A stretch of 64,000 bases of DNA from Eledone cirrhosa (lineage: Eukaryota): assembly GCA_964016885.1 (NCBI GenBank), contig OZ024740.1, forward strand, positions 193,750,001-193,814,000, read 5' to 3'. Below, piece by piece: positions 41,792-55,079 of this stretch. The stretch's first letter is position 1. Each line of letters starts with the position of its first letter. The position numbers were made by a program, and so were the translations under genes. Below the pieces are notes generated by a model that was not told the origin of the DNA, made no database searches, and worked only from the letters and a program-made list of their open reading frames with translations.

Positions 41792-42223
41792 CATATATCC
41801 GTATAGAGTTAGATAGGCATCATTGCGATCGTATATTAATAAACTCATTATATCAAACTATACCAGATGCATAGTTTGGATTACAAGCTCCTAAAATTAA
41901 AAAAATATTTAATATAAATATTAATTATTAACAATGTATGTTGAACAGGCTAAGCCTTCAATAGAAAATTAATAATCAATTAGATGAGCCAAAGAAGGAG
42001 CTTCAAGTTCGAGACTCAACCCACTAATGATATCAGCAAAATATTTATCATATAACTACATTTAAACTGAACCACATGCTGAAAGATAGAATCCTTTAAC
42101 ATAGAGCTACTTGATCATTACTGATGTGTTGCTTGGTACCAACAGTGGTGTATATAGATAAGCCCCTCTTTAAATATACAATGGTTCTTAAGACACTCTG
42201 CACTACATTTAATATTGTACAAT

Positions 42224-42295
<72 letters not shown>

Positions 42296-42302
<7 letters not shown>

Positions 42303-43021
42303 AATTAATATATCTACCGACATATGTATACAGATGCATACCTACACTAGCAGATATATATGTTTTGTCTTAGTAACTTTGTAGTTCTATGCAGGGGAAT
42401 GCAGAACAATTATATGAAATACGTAAATAAGAAAGTTATGAAAATTGACTTACTAAAATTTCACTCCAACTAATTAGTTTCTGTAAGGGGATAAATACAG
42501 TTATGTAATACCTGTAGAGAAGCCTTACGTCATCAGGGAGTATATTCTCAGCTAAGCCACCAGGCTAGCGTAGGTATGCATCTGTATACATATGTCGGTA
42601 GATATATTAATTCTTTATAATCTCTCCAAATTATTTGTTGAGCAAAATTTGCCAAATTACTACTGTGACTGATAGTAGTGGCTAGGCTCTGTCTTAATAG
42701 CACCCCCACTCCAAGCTGGTTAACCTGAGTGTCACGTGATTAATTCTTTTGAATTTGCCACTTGACCAAGGAGGCAGCGAATTTTTCAGTGCTTAGAATC
42801 TAGCCCCGCTCGATTTTTTCGCTTTTTTCCATCCACTGAATTATTGTTATATAAGCTTCCAGTGTCCCCGCATTGCTGGTGGCTTAGCTGAGAATAGACT
42901 CCCTGATGACGTAAGGCTTCTCTACAGGTATTACATAACTGTATTTATCCCCTTACAGAATCTAATTAGTTGGAGTGAAATTTTAGTAAGTAAGTCAATT
43001 TTCATAACTTTCTTATTTACG

Positions 43022-43022
<1 letters not shown>
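42296..43022. repeat. Interleaved inverted repeats A-B-A'-B'
   Basis: A 42296-42351 / A' 42564-42619; B 42421-42563 / B' 42876-43022. Confidence 0.92.
42463..42541 (-). ncRNA. Type I hammerhead ribozyme with extended stem II
   Basis: Minus strand ACTCC CTGATGA C GTAAGG...CCTTAC A GAA ACTAATTAGT T GGAGT. The mirror copy at 42898-42976 (+) has GAAT instead of GAAA. Confidence 0.82.
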
Positions 43023-43060
<38 letters not shown>

Positions 43061-43061
<1 letters not shown>

Positions 43062-43831
43062 GAGGTGTGTCAGAAAAGTTCCAGGACTGATGTCACAAAA
43101 GATTTATTTCAAACCCAAACTTCTCACTAAGAGTGTTCTTCTTCAAAGTACTCCCCCTGGACTCTAATGCACGTTTCCATCCTTTTCTGTCACGCTTGCA
43201 TGCACTCCTGGAAGGATTCTTCCGGGATCCTCCGCAGTTCCGTCGTCACGGCCTTTTTGATGTCGTCCACTTCTTCAAAACGATTCCCCTCCGGATCGTA
43301 CTCGAAGATCCATGACTCATCAACGGTGATGACTGTCCCTAGCAAGTCTGGTTCGGTTTCAAGACGCTCGAGGATGTCCTGGCACATTTGCATGTGTCGA
43401 CCCTTCTGGTCATCGTTCAGCAGTTTTGGCACCATCTTCGTGCAGACTTTCCGCATGTCCAAATCTTCAGTGAGAATCTTCCGCTCCTGGGTCATTTTCC
43501 ACGTCCTCGCGTAATTCTTTAAACCTCTTGCACCACTCAAAAACACGTTAGCGTGACATTGTCCCATCTCCATACATTTGCTGCAGCAATCCCAGTGCTT
43601 CAGACGGAGTTTTCAAGTTTGTTCGTTGCTCTGTGCTCATTGCTTGACGACCTGAAACAGAGGACATGTATATAAAATTATGAGGAAAAAGGTTTGATCG
43701 CTGCAGAGAGGTAAAATTACATTTACATACTCCACGGGGATTATTTTGAAGGAGAAAACTCTTAGTGTGAAGTTTGGGTTTGAAATAAATCTTTTGTGAC
43801 ATCAGTCCTGGAACTTTTCTGACACACCTCG
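43061..43831 (-). mobile_element. Mariner (Tc1/mariner) DNA transposon, internally deleted, inserted in (TA)n
   Basis: TIRs CGAGGTGTGTCAGAAAAGTTCCAGGACTGATG... (>=63 bp identical) with flanking TA. Transposase remnants EQRTNLK, MYGDGTMSR, RKVCTKMVPKLL, ITVDESWIFEYDPE, CIRVQGEYFE. Confidence 0.95.
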
Positions 43832-44571
43832 TATATATATATGTATATATATATATATATATATGTGTGTATATATATATATACATATGCTGCAACAACA
43901 CTCCGTTATGAGACAGGAATCATTTTCTCTATATTATGCAAGTAAACTTTTAGCAAAGCAATGGAAGCCATACATACCAAATATTTGGTTTAGAAACAGT
44001 CACATTGACTACATGGTTGAATGGATTCCAGTATATTTATATTTATATTTATATAATCGACACCTGAATAGAAGGAAAGAAAAGAAGAGGAGATTCCAGA
44101 GAACTTTCAAGCAAGAGCTCTGTAACAGAATACGATATTTATTTAGTGAAGATTCTACATACAGAGATCTTCATTCAGTTTCTTCGAAAATTTTAAATAT
44201 GGTAGTAGTCTTACTTTAATACCATTACATTCGTAACTCATGTGATTGCTCTATGGAAAATAGCTTCATCCAAAATATTGAGGAAACCAGAATATAATTT
44301 TACAAATTGCATTTGCTATTTTAAAAGAAGTATTTCTTCAAAGCAGGCGAAGCAAATTACATATAGCTTTTTCAACTATCTGGCGTCGATCTGAAAACCG
44401 ACATAGAAATTTACGGTTTCTTGATTACAGTTAAAATGGAAATACTAGTCAATTATTGCTTTTAAGGAACATGGAAATATAGCTGACAGCAATAATATTA
44501 CATCATTAGTGTATGATTTTTCGATTGCATCTGCATTGAACTGAATCTACAAATCTTTCTCTCTGCATATC

Positions 44572-44962
<391 letters not shown>

Positions 44963-45123
44963 GGGGGGGGCGTGTGTGCGTGTGTGTGTGTGCGTGTGTG
45001 CTTCTCTATGTTTTGCTTGATTCTGTTTTATGAATTTGTGGGATGAAACATATTATTTTACACTTAATATGGGTCATTCTTGTTCGCGATTTCATTGATT
45101 ACCTGAACCTTGAAAGGTATAAC

Positions 45124-45159
<36 letters not shown>

Positions 45160-46284
45160 TGTGGGTGTTTGTGTCTGCTATATGTGGGTGAATATGTGTT
45201 TGCTTGCGTATGTAACTATGTATGTTTATAAAAATGTCTAGAAATTTGATGCTTATCATTCCTAATCCGTTTATCTTCAGAAACAACTTTTTGTAGTTCT
45301 GTAATTTTGAAGCTGGTGCTCAAGAATTACAAAAACATGATAACCACCTAAATTGTTTAAGTTCTTATATATAAACTGTGTAAACCATTTGTATTTTAAA
45401 TATGTATGGAACGTTAGTTACATATGTTTAAGTGATAGTTCACTCCTGTAAAATTGGTATATTTACAATCAAACATTATAATTCCTCCTCTTATTTAAAA
45501 TGTTATTCTACAAATTCTAATTATATACAGTTACAAATCCTCACTCTTGTAAATTAAAATTTAGTTAAGTTTGTATTAGTTTATTTACAGAAAGCAAACC
45601 ATTCTACCAATATTTCATATCATATATTTTACAGTCAAGATATCAGATATTTAATTCTTCTCTTAACGAAAATCGTTTAAAGTTACTCAATACAAAACAA
45701 AACTTAACTTTAGAGAACATTTAGTTACTACTTTTTATATAATCGATTTAGTTGTAATACAGTTGATGCAAATATATGCTGATGTTCATCAGTCAATGGT
45801 GTCTTGGAAGAAATCAATGTAACAATATTATGTAGTACTGGTAACATGTAAGCCAGAAGAAACTGTCACATGGTCGGGTCGCTAATGACTAAACCGGTGA
45901 CCCTACCAAATTTGACTGGTGAGGAGGAAGATTTCGGACACCTTGTGGGCTGTAAAAGAAAGTTTGGCAAAGGGTGTCGGGAATCACGAGAGTCAATGGT
46001 CATCCAATAGTGTGTACATTTGTATATAATGTGTGGATGCATAAATATATTGTAATTTAGGAGTATGCAGAGTTGTAGTAGCTTTCATTAGCTGGCACAG
46101 GATGGTCTTTCGTTGTATTACAGTGTGACTCAATGCTTGTTCACCATGCCACTCAGCGAACTGATAACACGCTGAACACCTCGCCTCTCTCAGTTCGAGG
46201 GACCGACCTATGTGATGAAAAGCCGCATCCTACACGAGATATCAGACTAATGAGGAAATCCATCCAACAACCTACTTAAATATA

Positions 46285-46462
46285 TAATTGTTTCTACTTT
46301 TGGCACAAGGCAAGCAAATACCCAGTGGTACTTTATTTTATCGACCCCGTAAGGATGAAAGGAAAAGTTAACCTTGGCGGGATTTGAACTCAGACGATAA
46401 AGGGTGGTAACTCTTCGCTGCAAAGTATGGCATCCGACTCTCTACTGATACTGCCAATCAAC
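46285..46462 (-). mobile_element. tRNA-derived SINE with apparent target-site duplication
   Basis: Same family as 2939-3120. CAACCTACTTAAATATATAAT occurs on both sides (~46268 and ~46459). Confidence 0.85.
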
Positions 46463-47874
46463 CTACTTAAATATATAATGATAGGAAAAGAACTGAACAC
46501 CAAGCCGACACCAGTGGTCATACTTGCAACTGCAAAAACCTGCTGAATGCCAACTAGAGAACAACAGCTTAGCATTATGCATAGTTTACCAGTGTAAACT
46601 ATGCATAACGTTAGGCAATTGTTCTCTACTGATAACAGGGATTATGTATATAACATATTAATACAACTCAGCTCATTGAAAATTTAAACGAAAAAACCAC
46701 GAACTAGCTTAGCAGAGACGATTTGACAACAGGAAGATAAGAAACTGATAGCGCAACCTCTGTTTAGCCGAGTGCATAGAAATAGATAATCAGAAGTACC
46801 TGGAATTAAACAAAAATCTGTGATCATCGATGAATGTAAACATGAACACAACCATTTATTCTCATGCTTCAATATCTCATGATTTAAATATTGAACATCA
46901 TAAACATTTGATACACGAAAACATGCTACGTAAACTTAAGTCAAAACTAAGCACATACCCCCCCCCCCCCACCACACGTACACACAAAAGCAACCAAAGT
47001 TGCACTCGATAGACAATACTCTTAAAATATGAAGCGATGGTTGCTGTTGTTAATCATGTTGTCATTGTGTCTTTTGTTGTTGGTGTTGTTGGTGTTATTG
47101 TTGTTGTTGGTGGTGTTGCTGATCATTGTAGTAGTGGTAGCAGTGGTGTTGAGATAGTGAATCGTGTGGTTGTTGTTTTTATTGTCGATGGTGTAGTCGT
47201 TGTCGCTGAGGTTGTCATTATCGACTTATTAGTTGTTAATATTCCCAAACCGTCCACCGCACACATCCACCTTCCACGTCTGCTACACAACCTATCACTT
47301 CAACGAAGCCACCAACTAACGACTATCGCCAAGTCTGACTGGCCATTCCTTCAATGTGTTGAATACACTGGGGACACTGCCTTATAAGCAACTTGTCACC
47401 AAATGAACAGCTTTCGTATCACGATTTTTATTTTTATTTTTTTCTGTCTAAATATCCCCCTCGTGGATTTTATTTTATTTTATTTTATTTTATTTTATTC
47501 TACTATATTTCACTGTTCTTTACTTCTTGTATTTTCAGCTTGATATAACCCACAGTCAGTTTTATCATCTTATGCGGCAACACCTGCTCACTGTCGCTCT
47601 CTACTATTAACACCTCACAAAGGTATGATCGTAACATTTTATACAGGTTCAAATGATGCCCTATTCAAACAGAGATTAGAATAATTCGATTCTGACCTTC
47701 TATGTGTCAAACGAACAAATCGAAACAAAAATCGAGCTGATCGTAATTATTCAAAGTTTTGAACTGATCATTACGAAACTCACGTTACATGTGATTACGA
47801 AAAAAATAATTGAAACTGAAATTTGATATGTTTCTGCTAGTATTAGCCGAGGCCATGTGTAAAATAATAGCACC

Positions 47875-48040
<166 letters not shown>

Positions 48041-48585
48041 TGAGAGACATTGGAAAATAGCTTCTCCACAAATGAAATCATATGACGTTAGACATCACCA
48101 TATCACATCCGACAATAATCAATATGAGGCATTGCAGACACACCTACTATGTGAATTCATATGATCTATTGAAAATAGGGACAAAACCTGCTTCAATTCA
48201 TACTCCACTTTCCTGAATACAGGAAAGTGTGTAGGATAATGTAATCCAACACAAAAAATTAAAACATGGGACAGACAACTGGAATTCCTATTAGAACTCT
48301 CTTCGGACTAAACAACATGAACTCGAATTAAATTTTAATAGTTTTACCGAAATGATAGAAAGTAAGTCGACAACATAGTTTATCGGACCTGAAAGGCTTC
48401 ACATGTGTTTCTTGTGAGTGACATTTTTCACAAACAAAACAAAATCTACCAAAACAGGAAAAATGCGCTGTTGTACAAAAATAATTTTGATGACTAAGCC
48501 TTGTCAATAGCATAGAGATATATTCACAGATAAACCCAAAGACCTTTTCACATCAACGTATGGGCCTATATACGTGAGCATTTAA

Positions 48586-48633
<48 letters not shown>

Positions 48634-51067
48634 TCGTGTGTGTGTATGTATATGTATATATGTATATATATATGGGTGTGCGTGTGTGTATGTGTGTGTG
48701 TATGTGTGTGTGTAAGTGTGTGTGTATCTGTGAGTGTGTGTGAGTGTGTGTGTATTTTATATATATGTATAATACACACATATATACCGATACTTTATAT
48801 ATATATACAATATACATATGCGTGTGTCCGTTTGTGTGCTTGTGAGGGATGTGGAATAATACTGGAGAGATAACCTTTCTTTGTGAAGTTATAAGTGTTC
48901 GGTGTTTTGCCTATTAAAAACAATGGCTATATTGTTGTAAAACAATGCTGAATGGTTTTCATTACTGTAATGTATACTATATTGATCTTCAACTATCTTT
49001 TGTCTACATCACTTTTGCAAGCTCAAAAATTACAAGATAATGGATATTATAAAATTTAATTAAAGTGTTAGGCCAACTAGATATTTGATTGTTTTGTCAG
49101 CTTACATTTTCTAAAGAAAGCGAAAATCATTATATTTTGATCATTATATTTTGGACATAAAATCTGGAATACGAACCGAAATGCACCAATAGTTCAAAAT
49201 CAATATTTGATCGGAGTTTAAAAACTCAACCAAACTCTTAATAAAAACTACTTTGCAATATGAGTAATATGTCCATTCTGATTATATCCAATACTTTCTA
49301 CCAGTATTGTTCACTTCCACAATAATATAGTATTACAAATATAAATTTTTAATGTGTGGGGATTGGAATGCGGTATTATCACTGATTATCATTTTCCGAT
49401 TACCAAATACGTAGTTTACTGTATTTCTGGCCATGGGTGTGTAAATCAATGGTGGGTAAATATCTTAAAGTATTGTTTTATATAGTCGTGTATAAAATGT
49501 GAAAAATAAGACTGCCAGCAGATAATGCTTGCCTAAATTCAATAATTGGGAAAACGTAGTGACAGTTATGCATCTTCTTGTATTAATGTGGTCCCTCTCT
49601 GCCCCCAACACATTCTTTTTTCGAAAACAAAAACATATCGATTGCAACCATGTCAGACCTTAGATTAGTTGAGAACACACGAAAAATACTAGAAAACAAA
49701 TATGTCTTATCAATCCCCACTGGGTGCTTTTCTAAAGATTCAAACGGTCTGAGACGCGCTTATCTGTAACTCAGAGGCTCCACCTCTTTCCTCGCCTCCA
49801 TTTTCGGAAAAAGAAGTCTTTTGCAATTGACTCAGATGTCAGATTGTTTGAAATCAAACAAAAAAAACCTAAAAAAGAAAAAAGATAACACCAAAAGAAT
49901 CTCCTAGGTTGGGAAAATACGAGGTGTCTACCACACACACATCTCGCACTCCCAAAATCAGTTTTCGGAATAACACTTGATTGCGACGAAGAAGTCTGTC
50001 ATGTTAGTTAAAAACACACCAAAAAATAGAAACTGATATCTTAACGGGTGTATTTCTATAAATGTAATGCCTAGTTTCACGAAGATACGTTTAATATATT
50101 TCCGTGACACAGGCAAAATATAATATATATGATCGAACTAGAATTTGGATCTACCTTAATATATTATTGTCATTTGTTCTGAGGAAGCGCTTGCAAGAAT
50201 TATTAACTGTTAGAATGAACATAATCACACTACGATTATAGCTAATGATATACTAGATGATATACGTTGAAAAACGACGATATACTTTAAAAAGAGCGAT
50301 ATACTTTCGTGTATGATTTGGGGATAAACTACAACAACAAAGAATGTTATTTCTTCATTGACTCTGGAACGATGTCAAACATTTCTTTTTCTTCGAATGG
50401 AATTGAAATCATAGACAAAATTATAAATAAATACAAAATACTGTAGATCAATGAACCGTTTCAATCTTTTAATGTTCATTTCTTTCTAAAATTAAATATA
50501 AATTCATATAGTTTCATATAGAATGCTATTATTATAGGCACGAGGGAAATATATGACATCAGCATCTGTTCATGTTATTATAGAGGATGGTATGTGTGTG
50601 AAAATTGAATGAACGGTGGAATCAAACTATCTCTTCTTATCTCTCCAGCGTAAAGATCTGCCCATAAAAAGGACAGCATAGTTCATCTGTTGAACTATTT
50701 AGAGATCAATGCTGGGCAACAAATCAGAGAATGGACTGAATTTTAATTTAATTCAGTGTTATCTTATTAATGTGTGAAATTTGGCAACTCATTTACACGT
50801 GTTTTGTTGTACGGTTAGATGGTTCACAATACGTATATATCTTCTGTCATTCATCATTTATTTACTAAATTAAAAGCTGACCTGAAATATCTAAACATCT
50901 AAATTTATCTTTTAATTAAGAGTGTATGTGTGCTACCACTAGCAGCTCCCTCTCTCTTACACACACACAAACATAGACAGACACAGACACACAGACACAC
51001 ACACATACCCATACACAGACAAAGATATGTCTGCAGATACATGTATATATCTATATATCCTTCTCTT

Positions 51068-51136
<69 letters not shown>

Positions 51137-51172
51137 TTAAGTATGTGCGTGTGCGCGTGTGTGTCTGTACGC

Positions 51173-51212
<40 letters not shown>

Positions 51213-51533
51213 AGAGATATATCAATACACATACACATATATAGGTACATAAACATATACACACACATATACATATATATATTTATATATATACATATAT
51301 ATATATATATGTATATACATATATATATATACATGTATATATATATATATATATATACATGTATATATATATATATATATAAATATATGTATATATATGT
51401 ATATATATAAATGTATATACATAGATATATATATGTATATTTATATATATATATATATATATGCATATATATATATATATATATATGTAAAAATATATAT
51501 ATATATATATCAATATACATATTTATATCTATG

Positions 51534-51564
<31 letters not shown>

Positions 51565-51992
51565 GCATGTGTAACTGATGAATTGCACTGATATCTATAG
51601 ATTTCTGTATGTGTTTATATGAAAGTATCGTAAGATGTCTTACAAGAATATCCCAAGCCACCAAGCAAATAATTAATTTCCCGAGTGTCAATAGAGTAAT
51701 AACAATAAATGAATTATCGGGAAGGAAACATAAAATACAGACCTATGTCTCTTAATATCTATCGATAAAAATAGATATTGCTAATTATACGTACACATGT
51801 ATGAATGAATCGGTTTAATATAATATATACATATATATATATATATATATGGTGGTTCGTATTCGTGTCGGATTTAGTGTGTGTATATACACAAATGCAT
51901 TTAGATTCACACAGACACACACACAATATATATATATTCTATTTATTCCATTTATAGTTTTCGGTGTGCCCGGCCGACTGAACTCACTAGAT

Positions 51993-52000
51993 ATGCAAAT
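51993..52000 (+). promoter_or_regulatory. Octamer motif ATGCAAAT, conserved in all five family copies
   Basis: Exact match at 3967, 9123(-), 25865(-), 51993 and 52447. Function is inferred only. Confidence 0.45.
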
Positions 52001-52063
52001 TAGGCTGCTCAGCCGTTAATATGCATAAGGAAATTATATACTTTCAGACGTTCAACCATCTGG

Positions 52064-52122
52064 CAGGAAGGTATACGATGCTGACGATAGCTAATAAGCT
52101 TGAAACAAGTACATCGTTCCTG
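52064..52122 (+). ncRNA. Type I hammerhead ribozyme, unit 1
   Basis: CAGGAA-ggtata-CGATG CTGACGA T AGCT-AATA-AGCT T GAA ACAAGT A CATCG-TTCCTG. Predicted cleavage after 52111. Confidence 0.88.
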
Positions 52123-52517
52123 TGTCAGTGTTGAACAAAAAGGTGACGTGGTTGCCTAAACACTGTACGGCGTAATTCGGGCTCTTTGTTTGTTTACAAA
52201 CAAACAAACCGAGCATTATAATAAATGTTCGGTAAACCGATACGTGCATATATATATATATGTGTGCATGTATGTATATATATATATACATACTACTGTA
52301 CGTCTGTATACATATATGTATGTACGTATACATACATACATACTTACATTTCAGTAAGTGCCGTACTAAGAGTGAGAAATGAAATTTTGTTTCATTCTAT
52401 TCCATTTATAGTTTTCGGTATGCTCGGCCGAATGAAGTCGCTCGATATGCAAATTAGGCTGCTCAGCGCTTAATATGCATAAGGAAAGTATATACTTTCA
52501 GACGTTCAACCATCTGG

Positions 52518-52576
52518 CAGGAAGGTATACGATGCTGACGATAGCTAATAAGCTTGAAACTAGTACATCGTTCCTG
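52518..52576 (+). ncRNA. Type I hammerhead ribozyme, unit 2
   Basis: CAGGAA-ggtata-CGATG CTGACGA T AGCT-AATA-AGCT T GAA ACTAGT A CATCG-TTCCTG. Predicted cleavage after 52565. Confidence 0.92.
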
Positions 52577-53229
52577 TGACAGTGTTGAACAAAAAGGTGA
52601 CGTGGTTGCCTAAACACTGTCCGGCGTAATTCGGGCTGTTTGTTTACAAACATACAAACAAACCGAGCATTATAATAATTGTTCGGTAAACCGATACGTG
52701 CATATATATGTGTGTGCATGTATGTATATATACACATACTACTGTACATCTGTATACATATATGTATGTACGTATACATACATACTTACATGTATATATA
52801 TATATATATAAACATAAAAAATATAGGTAAACGACTCCTTCTGTCACGAATGACCATACGGTTTGGAACTACAATGAAACACAAGCCCAGGAAAAATGTT
52901 TCTTTGTAAGCCAGCAGACGTGCTTCCATGCCAGTCGCCTCTCTACATACCACCGATAATTCCACCTTGGTGAACAGGAGCAGCAGAGAAATAATGTGTT
53001 TTCCTCAAGAACATAATGCACAACGGAGAGTGCAACATGTTAACCTTCATGCCAAGTACAACTACACTCACAAACTGGATACAAATCATGTCATTTGCCG
53101 CTTGTCATATAGGGTATAATCACAACGGATTCCTTAACCCGAACCCTAACCATAACCCTAGCCTCTAACCACTCCGTTTGTTTCATACAGTATCTCTCTG
53201 GCTTTCTACCTCAATCTACCACTCATTAT

Positions 53230-53320
53230 CGGTGAATTGGCAGTATCGGTATAGGGTCGGACGCCATGCTTTGCAGCATAGGGTTACCTCCTTTTAGAGA
53301 CTGAGTTCAAATCACACCGG
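53230..53320 (+). mobile_element. SINE 5' half, truncated by the adjacent PLE
   Basis: A and B boxes present; core absent. Confidence 0.75.
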
Positions 53321-54860
53321 TGTGTGTGACTGTGAGAGGATATGTCTATATGTAAATGTGGGTGCTAGGTGCTCTATCATGTTAAGAAGTGGGTATTGAG
53401 TTCTAGTCTAGTATTGATTGGTGGTTGTGTTTTGTCTATAATCACTGCTTCCTTAATTGTAAGATTTCCGAGGTTTCTTTTCTTAGCTTCTATCCTAACT
53501 GTTATATATTTGTCAGTGTTTTTGCATTTCACTAGGTGTCTCTTAAATGAAGAAGCGTTAGTATTGAGGTGTTCTTTTACTCTTATGTGAAGTGGTCTGG
53601 TGGTGCTACCTATGTAGAAATTGCTGAATATGTCGCACTCTAATCTGTATACGACGTAAGTCTGGTGGCGTAGGTCTGTGTCGTTGATGGGGCAGTTGGC
53701 TAGCCTGCAGCGGCCGTCATGTCTGGTGGAGTGTCTTTTGTTTAGCTGTCCGCGGAGAGAAGGTCCTGAGTAGGCTAGTTGGATATCTAGTCCCTCTCGT
53801 CTGATAGCTCTGCGGGTGGCTTTTATTGCTTCGTCACTGAAGTGTGGGAGCTTCAGGAAGCAGGTGTTAGTGCCTCGGGTGTGGTGTCCTCTGTTGTGTC
53901 TGGCATGGTCCGTGGTGGACGTCGGGTATCCTTTCAATTTAAGTACTTCCAGGAAATGTGTGGTGTGTGTGTCTCGGTCCCTTGCGTCGGTACATTTGTT
54001 CCGGATACGTGTTAATTCGTTCCTTATGTATCCTAAGTTAGCTCTGGTTGGGAGGGCCGATCTGAAATGTACGAATAGGTCCCTCTGGCGGCTTTATTAT
54101 AGAAGTAGGTGTGGATGTTGTGTTCCTCTATTATCCTGAGTTGGAAGTCCAGTAGGGATAGGGATCTGCGGTCATCGGGGTGTTCCATGCTGAACTTTAT
54201 ACTGGCGTCCATGCTGGAGAATGTCGTGTATATTTTATCCGCTTCCTCACGGGATGATGTATGGATGAGCATGTCTTACTCATTCTTAGGATAGAAGCTA
54301 AGGAAAGAAGCCTCGGCAATATAAGAATTAAGGAAGCACTGATTATAGACAAAACACAACCAATAATAGACTAGAACTCAACACCCACTTTTTAACATGA
54401 TAGAGCACCTTAGCCCGCACTTACACCACCCTTCTCACACACACACGCACACACACAAACGCACACGCACTGACACACAGACACGCTTACACCTCCACTT
54501 ATTCTCTCTCTCACACACACATACACACACAAAGACCAGTTTTAACATGATAGACCACCTAGCACCCACATTTACATATAGACATATCCTCTCACACTCA
54601 CACACACACGCATACTTACGCCTTCACGTATTCTCCCACACACTTAAACATACATGTACAAAACCGCTTTTAAAGGGAGACAACTCGTCATCCACCTAAT
54701 CTTCAATCTTTGCCATTAGAGATAGAATCGAATCTCTATACCATTTCCTGTCAGCATGACGTGGCAAGCTAATTAGAACCCTGGATTAACCCCTTTACTT
54801 CCCTCCGAAGAAGAGATATCTCGAAAATTAAGAATATTCAGATAAATTTAAGGTAAAAGA
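53320..54860 (-). mobile_element. 5'-truncated Penelope-like element (53320-54275, -) joined to an inverted copy of its own 3' end (54285-54860, +)
   Basis: ORF 53377-53937 VVYRLECDIFSNFYIGSTTRPLHIRVKEHL...EAVII...PPIN; ORF 54033-54272 IKFSMEH...LSLLD. 54327-54409 is the reverse complement of ~53369-53457. HHR variant CCGAAGA AGAGATATCTC GAAAATTA at 54805-54830. Confidence 0.9.
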
Positions 54861-54944
54861 CTAATTGTCAACAATATCTTTTGTATTTGTATTTATATTC
54901 TATATCCATATCTGCATTGTTTTGGCCTTCCAACTCCAAACGTT

Positions 54945-55074
<130 letters not shown>

Positions 55075-55079
55075 TGTGT

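Larger units (their letters stand above)
51940..52790 (+). mobile_element. Tandem dimer (period 454 bp) of the HHR-containing repeat family; candidate non-LTR retrozyme
   Basis: Octamers at 51993 and 52447 and HHR cores at 52081 and 52535, both pairs 454 bp apart. No coding capacity; flanked by microsatellites. Confidence 0.88.

Noticed and set aside
47037-47387. 116-aa Val-rich ORF resembling a membrane protein
   Set aside because: Derived from a degenerate (GTT)n repeat.
51940-52790. CRISPR-like or protein-coding interpretation of the tandem repeat
   Set aside because: Units are 454-bp full duplicates without unique spacers, there are no cas genes, the context is eukaryotic, and no ORF is conserved between units.
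53136-53170. Telomere-like CCCTAA repeats
   Set aside because: Only about five degenerate units; insufficient to call an interstitial telomere.
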